A DNA stretch of 64,000 bases from Zygnema circumcarinatum SAG 698-1b (Eukaryota > Plantae > Zygnematophyceae). The position numbers and the translations under genes are program-made. The notes under the pieces are model-generated. The model was given only the letters and a program-made list of their open reading frames with translations, was not told the DNA's origin and did not search any database. Below are positions 50,245 through 64,000 of the stretch, piece after piece (position 1 is the first letter of the stretch; every line of letters begins with the position of its first letter). The stretch lies in assembly GCA_037447605.1 (NCBI GenBank), contig CM074819.1:496001-560000 (forward strand). Reading direction: 5' to 3'.

Positions 50245-53200
50245 GAGCTCAGGGCCCTCCGCCCTCTTGGAGCAGTATGTGGGAGTGAAGACCAAGCAGC
50301 CCCGCCCCCTTGAAGACGGCAATTGGATGTGCGAGGACCCCAAATGCGCCAATGTCAACTATCCCCGTAGAACGGAAGTACGCAACGGAAACCCTAACTG
50401 AGACATGGAACGCCTGCAGTTTCCTTTGTCACACCCCTTTTAGGGTTGCTGGGCTATACGGGGGAGGCCAGTTTGTCGGCGAAAACCGCTCGTATTCAGT
50501 TTTTTTTTTTTTTGGTTGGAGGATTTTTGTGAAGTGGTGTTTATTCGATCCTTTTTTGTTGGGTTTTGGCTATTGGTTTGCAGTGCAACAAGTGCGGGAG
50601 GAAGCGGGGACCCCTCGGAGATGCAGTAGTGAAGGCCTATGTTGATACTATGAGACTGCAGAGGGGGGACCTCTCTAATGGGACGACAGTGTGGCCTTCT
50701 GATGTATGCCTCTCTCTCTCTCTCACTCTACCTCACCACCCCCATTTTCCCCCCTCTACCGCACCCCCTCCCCTCTCTCTCTCTCGCTTTTCCACTTTTC
50801 CGCTATGTCCTCCCTCTTCGTCTCCCTCCTTTTTCACTTAGAGGGAGATGGGTCGTTTGAAGTAGGGGAGAAGTACATGAGAGGATGAGAAAAGAGAAAC
50901 ACTGGCGGAGAGAGAGAGGCGAGGGGAGGGAGGGAGGGAGGGAGGGTGGGGGGGAAAAGGAAGAGGGGGGACGAAAGAAGGGGAGGGAGTGGAGAAACTA
51001 AGGAAGGACGGAGGGGTATAGAGAGGCGAGTGGAAAGGGAGATTGGAAGAAGACAAGAAGGTCGATGGGGAGTGGGAGAAAACTTGCCAGTTTTTGAGAA
51101 GTCAAAGGTGGTTTTCTCTTACAGGATTGGTGGATTGGAAGCACCTGTGACACCATGTCACGCTGGGCAACACACCATTATGGAGTCAGCGATGGAAGTA
51201 ACGGAAGTCAGAGGTCCGGACTCAGGTACAGCCCTTTATTACCTCGCTTTATATATACACATGGGGGGAGAGAGAGAGAGAGAGGGACAGAGAGGCAGAG
51301 GCAGAGGCAGAGAGACAGAGACAGAGGCAGGGAGAGAGAGGCAGAGGCAGAGAGAGAGAGGCAAAGAGGGAGAGGCAGAGGCAGAGGCAGAGAGAGAGGC
51401 AGAGGCAGAGAGAGAGAGAGGCAGAGAGGGAGAGGCAGAGGGAGAGAGGGAGAGGCAGAGGGAAAGGGAGAGGGAGAGGGAGAGTAAAATATGGATATGT
51501 GTTTAAAATATTTTGCAATTCAAAAATTACAAACTTGACAACCGTAGAAGTCGAACCCCAAATTGCCCTCAATAGATTTCTTTCTTTCCAATCGACCCCA
51601 CGCTACATTTTCCAAAATTTTGACTCCCTCCCTCCCTCGCTCCCTCCCTCCCTCCCTCCCTCNNNNNNNNNNCTCCCCCTCTGATATCTCCCACTCTCCC
51701 TCTCCCAAGCCCTGCTCCTATCCCACTCCCTGTCTAACTTCCACTTCCCCCCTCGCCACCATCTCTGACATATCTCCCACTCCTGTCTGTCCCTCATCCG
51801 CCCCCTTCTCCCCTTCCTCCTCCCTCTCTGACATCTCTCCCTCTCCCTCTCCCTCTCCCTCTCCCTCTCCCTCTCCCTCCCCTCTCCCTCTCCTCTCTCC
51901 ATCTCCTGCAGGAGCTCAGGGCCCTCCGCCCTCTTGGAGCAGTATGTGGGAGTGAAGACCAAGCAGCCCCGCCCCCTTGAAGACGGCAATTGGATGTGCG
52001 AGGACCCCAAATGCGCCAATGTCAACTATCCCCGTAGAACGGAAGTACGCAACGGAAACCCTAACTGAGACATGGAACGCCTGCAGTTTCCTTTGTCACA
52101 CCCCTTTTAGGGTTGCTGGGCTATACGGGGGAGGCCAGTTTGTCGGCGAAAACCGCTCGTATTCAGTTTTTTTTTTTTTTGGTTGGAGGATTTTTGTGAA
52201 GTGGTGTTTATTCGATCCTTTTTTGTTGGGTNNNNNNNNNNTCCCTCCAGTGCTGCCGCTGAAGGCAAGCGTCTTGCAGAGCAGCTTGTTGGCCTCTTTG
52301 CCGCCACTTCCGACCCTATAGCCGACGCAGGCGAATGCCTTGCCTCCGCCGCCCTTTGGCTGCAAACTATGAAGGCTCGCCTCCAGCACATTCCCTCTCC
52401 CTCTCTCTCTCCCTCTCTCTCTCCCTCTCTCTCTCCCATAGACCGCCCTCTCACTGCCCCCCACACACACACCTACCTCTCCCAGTCCTCTCCCTTCTCC
52501 TCTCCCTTCTCCTCCCTCCGTCTGCGGTCCTTTGGAGGGGCATCTGGACGGACTGTTACGAGCAACGGAGGAGGGTCTCCGTCACTCAGTACAGGTTCTA
52601 TGTCCAGTTTTGGCGGTTTCTGTGACGCGACATCTTGGCCTACCTCCTTTAATAGTAGCATGGGAAGGACGGCAATTGGAGGAATGACTAATGGGGGGGG
52701 AGGAGGAGGGGGAGGAGTGAATGGGGGAGATGGGTTTGGATACACATCTGAGAATGGGAGTGGGGGTGGGAGTGGGAGTGGTAACTCTCCCTCTATGGGG
52801 TGTTATGGGACGAATATGAGGGAGGGAAGCCATATTCTTGGGGTTACTTCTTTAGGCAATGGACGAATAGTAATGCCTCGGCCGGCAGTGAAATTTGAGG
52901 ACTACAAGGACCGCCCAAGTGAATATTTGAGAGTGAGTTGGAATTGTTTCAGTTGGAATACTTCAAGAGTAATTTGTATTTTGTAGTTTGTTTTTTTCTT
53001 TTTTTTTTCTTTTTTTTGTGGTGCTAAAAAGAGGGTAGGAGGGAAGATAAAAGCAAACGACTCAATTTGTGTCTCGGAAATATGTGCTTTTGTATGGCCT
53101 CTCCTATTCGTTTCTTTACTTTCCGGCTTTTCCTTTCTCGCTCCCTCCCACTTCTTTGCCTCTCTCTAACTCTCACTCTCTCTCTCTCCCACCGTCTCTG

Positions 53201-54165
53201 TCTGTCTCTCACTGCTTCACTCTGGCTTTTTCTGCGTCTATCTAACCCTCCCTTCTCTCTCCCACTCTGATTCCTCTCCCTCCCTCCCTCTCTCTCTACT
53301 CTTCTCTCTGTTTCCCTTCCCGCTCCCTCCCCCCTCTCGCTTCCTCTCTTTCCGACACTTCTCCCACTCCTCCCCCCTCTCACACTTCCTCTCTCCCCCT
53401 CTCTTCCTCGTTTCCCTCTCTCCCCCTTCCGTCTCCTTCTCTTTCTCCCCAACTCCTTCTCTCGCTCTCCCTTCCCGCCCCCCTCCCCCCCTCTCTCTCC
53501 CCCTCCCTCTCTCCTCATCTCCCCCCTCTCCCCTCTCTCCCTCTCCCCCCACTCCCTCTCCCTTTCCCTCTCNNNNNNNNNNAGAGGGAGAGGGAGAGGG
53601 AGAGGGAGACGGGGTGGGGGGGTCTAGGAGTGGGCGAGGGCGAGGGCGAGGGGAGAGCGGAGATGGGAGAGGGGGAAGGAGTGGGTTGAGGGGGAGTGGG
53701 AGGGTAGTGGAAATCAGAGAAGGAAAGTGAGATCGGATTACGCGTTCAGGGGGGGACGATAGGCAGAGAGGGGGTGTGATTGGGAGAGGGAGGGAGGGGA
53801 GGGGGGTGGGAGATAGAGGACAACAGAAGTGCAAGAAGAGAGGTGGGTAAGAGGGAGAGAGGAGAGTGTGAAGGAGAGAGATAGGGACAGGGAGGCGGAA
53901 AACAGATCGTGTGAGAGTGGATCCTAACAACCAATGTGTGGTGAAACATGACTTTTTTTTAGAAAACGACAGGAACCCTGGAATCCTTATATAACCCTTA
54001 AAGCCCTAAGAGCCCTAAAATCTTTGAAACCCTAAAACCCTACAAGCCCTGAACCCTTTTGGAGTGCTGGGCAGGACGAGCTGCTTTCAGTGCCACCAAA
54101 AGCGCGGGCCAAATGGAGAGGAGGTCGTTCGGGAGTATGTCCGCCGGCTCATTGAGGGAGCTTGA
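50245..54165 (+). CDS. RanBP2-type zinc-finger protein, probably two fingers; 5' end and some exons unresolved
   Basis: Exon 50245-50377 plus the exon starting at 50584 give DGNWMCEDPKCANVNYPRRTE|CNKC (W-x-C-x4-C-x3-N-x6-C-x2-C). A Gly/Ser-rich exon lies at ~52243-52932. The last exon 54075-54165, RTSCFQCHQKRGPNGEEVVREYV...*, is the second half of a second finger. Gaps at 51663, 52232 and 53573 obscure the model. Confidence 0.7.
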
Positions 54166-55369
54166 ATGGAATCTTGAAACAGCTGAAGTATGTGGAAAAC
54201 TGTGGAGGATATGGAAATATGAATCATATGGAGGATATGGAATATGTGGAAATCTCTATTTTTGAGATTCAAAAGGTTTTGGTGATCGACTGATTGTGAA
54301 GGAGACAAGAAGCAGTGGGCGGATGGTGCCCAGTTTCAGGCGGTTCGATGTTTGGGTCTGTACAGATTGCTTGGGCTGGAAACCCTAAAAGTTGGAAATT
54401 TTTCTTTTTGCTTTGTGCCCCTTTTTAGAGTTAGGGAGGAGAGGGGCGGAAGGCTGCAGAGTGGCCGAGACTTTTGGGAATTAGGTTGGAGATGTATTTT
54501 GTAGGAGTTTTTCATTAAAAACTGAGGGTTCTTGCAGTATTTTGCAGGTAGAATATTGAGAAGTTGCCTCTCTCTCTCTCTCTCTCCCTCTCTGTCTCTC
54601 TCGCCCTTTGGCCGCAAATCTCCTTTTGATGAGCAGAGAGTTCTCTGCAGCTTTAGGAGAAGTCTGTCCTTAACAAGTTAAAAAACTATTCTCCATGTGA
54701 ACTGATTTTAGTTTTCAGTTTTGACATGAATAAAGCATTTTGCATGTGGCAACAGCCTTGTTAGAAAAAGTGCCGCAATTGAAATTGTGTGTTGCATGGA
54801 TGAAATGAGAAAGGTTGCTAAAAGAGAGACTAGCATTCCCTGCATTTTTATGGCAATTGAAAGGTCAATTGGCCCTTTTGGCTGCACTTGTTGTAACTGA
54901 GACATGGAAACCCCTAAAACCCTTAAATTAACCATGTTCATAACGCTATTTCCTAGGAATTTACATCCCACTTGAAACCACAAGCAATATCAGAAGAGAC
55001 CAATTCTGGATTCAGAGATAAAAACCACTGCTTGTCAAATTTCATGGATGATAAGCTGCAGACCAAAGTATCAAGGAACCAGAACCGCCCATTCTTTAAT
55101 GCAGTGTCCCAGCACAAGCCTTCTTGCCTCACTACGTCCCTTCTCAAATCTAAACTAAACCCTAACACCTACAAAAGCTGGAATTACACCTTCCAGATAT
55201 CTGAAGACAGATCTCTTATTTATCAACAAATTTTACAACCATACCATTCCGACCACATTCGAACATCACAACCCCTCAAAACTTAATCCTCCCAAGCAGC
55301 AGCCTCCTCTCCAACGCCATCTCCACCACCAAACAAACCCTAACCCTAATCTTATCATCGTCAACCCTT

Positions 55370-56636
<1,267 letters not shown>

Positions 56637-58466
56637 TTACGGAGGGAGAGAGGGAGAGGGGGGAGGGAAGGAGGGAGAGGCGGGAGGAAGGGAGGGAGGG
56701 ACGGAGGCAAATTGCTTCCGCCAAATTCAAAAATCGAATTGAAAATTTGAAAACGTTTTCAAGTTTTTTGGTGAAAGTTTGGAGCCAAAATACAAAGCCT
56801 GTTTTTGGGATCCTTTGAGAGCCAAAGGGCGGGCCGCCGAACCGATCGAATGCGCCACGTGGATAGCCAGCCAATTGGTGTGCGCCACGTTACCAAAAGC
56901 GTACAAGTGATAAATTATGATTGGAGGCGCTCTCCTAGTATTATGCATCGCAACAAAAATGGAAATCTAAGGACAGGCGAACCGAGACGGACTCGGACGG
57001 CTGAGATGCACCAAAACTCGATCTGGTGGATGCCTTTGGCAAAGTCTGAATGGTCTAAATTTGACGTGACGATCAGCTAAGAGATGATCCGAGCCGTCGG
57101 CTTAAACAAACACAAGCGATCCAGTCCGTCCGTAACCTTTCTTTGGACTCCCGATGCGGTGTCCAGTCAGCATATTCAAATTCCAGTTCCGAAATTCTCG
57201 GAGCCAATAAGAGGCTCACGTTTTTCGATTCGGCAAAATCCCGTAATTTGCGTTCTTGCGAGATACCAAAATTTTCATGGATCTGTTCCGAAGCAGATAC
57301 GAAGGTGACTTTCGCATCACTCAAACATAGAATCCGTAATACGAACAAATTCTATATATGGAGTATTAGAATATACCTAAGATTGCGATGTACGTATTCT
57401 TGCGAAATCCATGACCTCGGTTCACCAGGAGCCCTTCAACCTTCAGATTTTTCCGACAACGAATCTGGAACGAATCAACGGACCATATCTGCCGCCCATT
57501 TTTCGGGCACTGACAAAACGATTTCAAATAACTGCCCAAAACCCCTCACCATCGCAAAAACTCTTTTTCGCGTATGTGGCGTTATCCCATTGGCCAGCTC
57601 TCCTTAAACCCTCGCATTGACCTGCCCGTCATCGCGGGCTGCCCTTTAAAAAACATTTCCCTGAGCCCTGTCATAAGAGTTATTCCTGCCCGGAACGTCG
57701 GGCAGCCCGGACGTTTGTTGGTGAAGGAAGATGAGGGGGACGTACCAGCCATGGCCGCAGATCTGAGGGCCGGCCATGGCGGCGAGCGGGATGGGGAGCG
57801 AGGCCGCGGACGGGTGGAGGGGGAGGGCTGCGCGTAGAGGGAGGTAGGGTTGGGGGCAGGGCAGAGGGAGGGAGGGAGAGAGAGAGGGGGAGAGAGGGAG
57901 AATAGAGAGAGGAGTGGAAAGGGAGCGAGGGAGAGGGTGAGAGAGAGGGGAGTGGGGAGAGGGAGAGAGGGGAGTTGGGAGAAGGGGAGAGGAAGAGAGA
58001 GCGGAGTGGGGAGAAGGAGAGGGAGAGAGTAGGGAGTGGGGAGAGGAAGGCTGAGAGAGAGGGGAAAGGGAGGGAGAGGAGAGGGAGAGGGAGAGGGAGA
58101 GGAGAGGGAGTGGGGCGAGAGGAAGAAAAGTGGGGGAGGAGAGAGAAAGGGGAGTGGGGAGAGGGAGAGAGAGAGGGAGAGAGAGGGAAGTGGGGAGGGA
58201 GAGAGAGGGGAGTGGGGAGAAGGAGAGAGGGAGAGGGAGAGAGAGGGGAGTGGGAAGAGGGAGTGAGGGAGAGGAAGAGAGAGAGGGTAGTGGGGAGAGG
58301 GAGTGAGTGGGAGAGAGAGCGAGGGAGAGAGAGGGTAGTGGGGAGAGGGAGGGAGTCGAAGTGGGGAGAGGGAGAAGAGAGTGGGGATAGAGAGGAGAGA
58401 GAGAGTGGTGTGCAGATGCAGAAACAAGAAACGTAATGGAGTAGAGAGCGACAGCTCCAGAACGAA

Positions 58467-59767
<1,301 letters not shown>

Positions 59768-59816
59768 CTGAGCCAGCGAGCGAGTGAGTCAGCCAGTGAG
59801 TGAGTCAGTGAGTGAG

Positions 59817-59878
<62 letters not shown>

Positions 59879-60268
59879 TAAGCAAGCAGTGGGGGAGAAC
59901 ATTCAGGTCCGATCTTGCCGCACCTCTTTGGATCTCGCCTGCCTTTCCGTTGAGGGTTTCAGCGCGGCTCTCTTAAGGGCTGCACTCGCGCCTGCTTCGA
60001 TCCGAGCTTTGCCGCTGTTCCAGTTTCAGTTTCAGTTCCAGTTCCAGTTCCAGTTCCAGTTCCAGTTCCAGTGTCAGTTTCAGTTTTTGATCACGGAACG
60101 GAAAACCGTTCCCTTTTCTGTCTAGGGTTTGCTCATGAAGACGTGACGTGACGTAACGTGACAGCCTCCTCCCTTCCCTCCACAATCTGAGAAAACTGTG
60201 CTGAATACGGAACGGTGAACTGGACCATAGAACATCATCCCCAAAAAATTTGTCCCAGCAAGCAAGAT

Positions 60269-63200
60269 ATGGAGGAGAGAGTGGGGCTGCTGCCAGCTGG
60301 AAGCATGAGAGGGAGGGACGAAGAGAGGGAGAGGGAGAGAGAGAGGTATGTGAGATGGGAGCAGGGCCTCCCTTCCGCGGAGGAGCTGACGCCTCTGAAC
60401 CAGTCCCTCATCACTCCCATCCTCGCCTGCGCCTTCAGCATCAAGGAGGGGGGTCTGCGGAATGAGAGGACGGAGGCGGAGGTGGAGAAGGCTGCACAGG
60501 TAAAGATATTGATTGGCTTGGGAAGGTTTGGCTTTCTTTCCTGGGGGGGGGGGGGGGGGNNNNNNNNNNGGGGGAGGAGGAGAATGTCCAGAGAAAAGAG
60601 GGAGAGGAGAGAAGGTGGGAGGAACGGGAGGGCAGAAGGGAGAAAGGGGAGGGAAGGGAAGGGAGGAAAGAGAAAGGGGGAGGGGAGGAAGGGGAGAGCG
60701 GGAAGAGAGTGGGCAGGGAAGGTGGGGGGGAGGGAAGGGAGGGGGAGGGAGGAAGAGAGGATGGGTGAGAGTGGGGAATGAGAGAGAGGGAGAGTGAGGC
60801 AAGAGGAAAGGTGGGGTCAGAGGGGGGAGGGATTGCGAACCTGTTCATATGTTTTGTTTTTGTTTCTTAAAAACTGTGATGCAGTTGAGCCGCGTTGCAA
60901 GGTTTATTTTCTCCTGTTTTTATTGTGTGGTGCCGTGTGATGTATCGCAGTGTAGCTGCTTGCCTTCCCTGCCCTCCACCCCCCCTCCTCCCGAATTTCC
61001 CATTCGCCCTCGTCTTCTGCCTTTCTCTCTCTCATCTCTCTTTCTTTCACTCCCCTCCTTTTTTCTTCCGTCGTTTATCCTCCCTTTCCTCTCCCTGTTT
61101 CTTCCCCCTCTCCGTCCCTCTCTCCCCTCTCTCGTTTTCTCTCTTCGCAAAATGGAATAGAGAGATCCTTTTTTTCTGACCCCCCTCCCCTCGGAGATGT
61201 ACTTGGTCTTCCCCACTGCTCTCTCTGGTCCTTTCCTTTCGCTGTGCCTTTGTCCTTTGCCTGCCATTTGCTATTGCTCTCTCTCTCCCTCTCGCGTCCC
61301 TCCCTTATCCCACCTTTTCTACCTCCCTCGTATCCTGCTCTCTGTACCGCCGCCTCCTCCTTGTTTAGTTCCTCCTGTGTCTCCTTTAATTGAAGGACCG
61401 CGACATCTGAAAAACCCTCCCAAGTTTTGCTCAGCTGTTATGCAAACCTTCTTGACAATCTGCCTAGTATCTAAGGAATTAGTGAACTAGCAACAAGCTT
61501 CTAAGTACTGAGCTTTTTAACTGGAATCATTAGTGCCTTAAAAGCCCTTGTGTCTCCATTGTTCTGAGGCTTTTAACTTCTTAGACCGTTATCAAAGACA
61601 TCCAAAGCATGCTCTTCCCCTTTTTCTTTGCCGGGGATTCTCCTATACCTCCCTCACTATTTCCCCCCTCCCTTCTCCACTTCCTCCCTCCCCTTCCCCA
61701 CCCCTTTTCTATCTCCTCCTTCCTCTCCTCCTCTGCATCCCCCTCTCCCCTCTCCCCCTGCCTCCCTCCCTCCTCGCCCTCCCCCACCATACTCACTCAT
61801 CTGTGAAATTTCACTTGTGCAGGCGACGCTGAACGGAATGTATGACACTGCAAGGCTGGGTGGTAAAACAGATTTTCTGAACTCAAACCATTATCAAGCA
61901 TATGGTGCCATGTCAACGGGGGACTCTCGCGCATACTTTTCAGGAGCAAGTGGATCTGCTTATAATATGGGACCTGCTGGAAATCAACCCTCACACTACT
62001 CGCAACCATACGACTCGAGAAATCTTCCATCTGCACAATTTTCACATCTGCCCCCCCCAAGTGGGTATCAGTACGGACATGGATTTCCAGATAGTCGGGA
62101 CTCAAGAATGATGGGGGATGGCAGGTTTAGCTCGGATCCTCGATATGGGGTGGATCCACGTTACCCTCCAGATCCACGATACGTTGATCCGCGGATGCCA
62201 CCAGATCCCAGATACTCAACTGATCGCCATATGAGCATGGAAAGCGCACCCCCAAGTTTTTCTCTCCCTCAGGGAGAAAGAGGTTTGTATGGCGATACAA
62301 TGAGGTCTGATTTACGGATTGGGGCAGAGCCCATTCCTATGTCGGAGATGAGAAGTTCAACAGTGGACCTGCGAGGGGTGGATCCAAGGAGCTCCGCAGA
62401 TCCAAGGAATTCCGCGGATCAGAGGAATGCAGTGGATCCGAGAAGTCCGGTTGATCCGCGAAATGTAGTGGATTCAAGAAATGCAGGACCGGATCCGAGG
62501 AATGGAGGAGATTCCAGGAATACAGTGGATTCAAGAAACCCGGGGGATCCGAGAAGTCCGGTGGATTCGAGGAATGTGGTTGATTCACGAGGAGTTGATC
62601 CACGAGGAGGGGCAAGGGAGGGAGCTGTTGGAGGGGGGGAAATTCGAAGCCCGGGGGAAACGAGAGCAGGGGAAAGTCGACAAAGTGGCGGCGGAGAGAG
62701 ATTCAATTCCGGAGTTTCAGGCCCCAATAGGGACGTTGCTTCTCGCACAAATTTTCCGGTTCCAGATAGAAGACCGGCGGTGGAAGCTGAAGGGACTGAA
62801 AGTAATACAAAAGCGAGCGGGAGTCTTGGAAGTGGGAACCCTAAGAAGTCGAGAAAGACGCAAGAGGAGGCGGAGGACGACGAAGAAGTCGCTGGTAAGG
62901 GGGTGTGTGTAGTGGATAGGACCAAACTTCTCATTCCACTCCACTCTCCTCTCTACTCTCGTCTTTTGAAATGTCTTGTCTTTCTCTCTCTCTGCACTCC
63001 TTCCTCTCTTTTTTACTGTAGTAATGATGGGTTTGCATCGCCTGAGTGTCTCACATTGAAATCCGCAATTGGGTTGTGAATTTGTTACACGTTTTTGAGA
63101 AGGCCAACTGGGTCTCGCTCCCTTTCTCCCTCTCTCTCTCACTCTCTCTCTCTCTGTTTTCCCTCGCTCACCCTTTTGTTTGCTGGGTGCTTCTCTGCTC

Positions 63201-64000
63201 AGCGGGAGGGCCAGAGAACAGCAGTGATGAGCAGCTGCCGAGAACGCTGAAAAGGCCTCGTCTTGTCTGGACCCCGCAGGTCAAGATTCTCCCTTTCCCT
63301 TCAAGGCATTCCTGCGGAAGAGGAGATGTGTGGGAGATGGGAAATGAGGAGAGACGTAGAGAGAGAGAGGGAGTGGGGAGTGAGAGAGAGAGTGGGGGCC
63401 GGCAGAGGGAGAGAGGGAGGGAGAGGGGGAAGGCCGGGGAGTAGGGGAGGAGTTGGAGAGATAGAGATAGAAAGAGAGGAAGTAAGAGAGAGGCGTGAGA
63501 GTGGGGTAGGCAATTAGAAAGGGTTCAGGTATTTTCTGACACTGAAATGTATGGCGTTGGTTTTGCTTCAGTTGCACAAACGTTTTGTTGATGCTGTCGG
63601 TCATCTGGGCATAAAAAATGCCGTTCCGAAAACCATCATGCAGCTTATGAATGTGGAGGGGCTGACGAGGTGAGTAGTTATACGATGGTATAGAAATTTA
63701 AAGTTTATCCTTTTTGCCGTTGATGGATCTTTTATACAGATCTTTAGTAACAGAGATTAGTGTGTTGATTGACTGAATTGTGGAGCTAGGAGCAGGGAGA
63801 GTTGGCATAGAGTGCAGAAAGATCAGTGAGAAAAAAGGGTAGATCGAATGGCAAACGTTAGAGGGAGAGGGGGGAGAGGAACAGAGAGAGCACGAGAGAA
63901 GAGAGTGCGAGAGAAAGAGATAGGGAGAGAGGGGCAGAGAGAGAGGGATGGTCTGAGTGATGTTGTTTCTGTTCGTGGTGCAGAGAGAATGTCGCCTCTC
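60269..64000 (+). CDS. LUX: LUX ARRHYTHMO / PHYTOCLOCK1-like GARP (G2-like Myb) transcription factor; continues beyond the window
   Basis: Exons 60269-60499, 61823-62894, 63203-63279, 63572-63669 and 63984-> are phase-consistent. LUX N-terminal box [30 protein letters not shown] and GARP domain [13 protein letters not shown]|[33 protein letters not shown]|ENVAS. Confidence 0.92.

Noticed and set aside
51860-52231. Second copy of the RanBP2 finger exon as a true exon duplication
   Set aside because: It matches ~50190-50565 and is bounded by two 10-N gaps, so it is more likely a haplotig or overlap. Needs read-depth confirmation.
55250-55369. Histone 3' stem-loop after the H3 stop codon
   Set aside because: No conserved hairpin is visible, consistent with a polyadenylated plant-type histone mRNA.
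57582-57771. Short minus-strand ORF MAGTSPSSSFTNKRPG...
   Set aside because: 56 aa with no motif, no splice partners and no other support.

Overview
Eukaryotic, intron-rich nuclear DNA with GC-rich exons, introns full of (GA/CT)n and telomere-like TTTAGGG tracts, and several scaffold N-gaps. Gene content (LUX, COBRA-like, WRKY, histone H3 with Y41) points to a streptophyte, plausibly a streptophyte alga; this is inference only. I spliced exons by hand using GT-AG sites and reading-frame phase. Genes found: mitochondrial-type IF-2 (-), a hypothetical gene (+), COBRA-like (+), a Met-gamma-lyase/aluminium-resistance family PLP enzyme (-), an F-box + C2H2 zinc-finger protein (+), three paralogous atypical WRKY genes (-,+,+), a RanBP2-type zinc-finger protein (+), an intron-containing histone H3 (-) and a LUX/PCL1-like GARP factor (+, runs off the end). 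The main highlight is the WRKY trio, which has a WQKYGQK core, a C-X7-C-X23-H-X-H finger, 74 nt of exon 2 identical in all three genes despite synonymous divergence in exon 3, and shared C-terminal motifs I do not recognise. Other highlights are a COBRA protein combining COBL7-type and COB-type parts, a LUX with a ~350-aa D[PS]R-repeat insert, a 96-nt miRNA-like hairpin inside the WRKY cluster, a 2.5-kb telomere-like 7-mer satellite, and several transposon remnants. Most long ORFs in the supplied track are translations of microsatellites, and segments duplicated across 10-N gaps are probably assembly overlaps.
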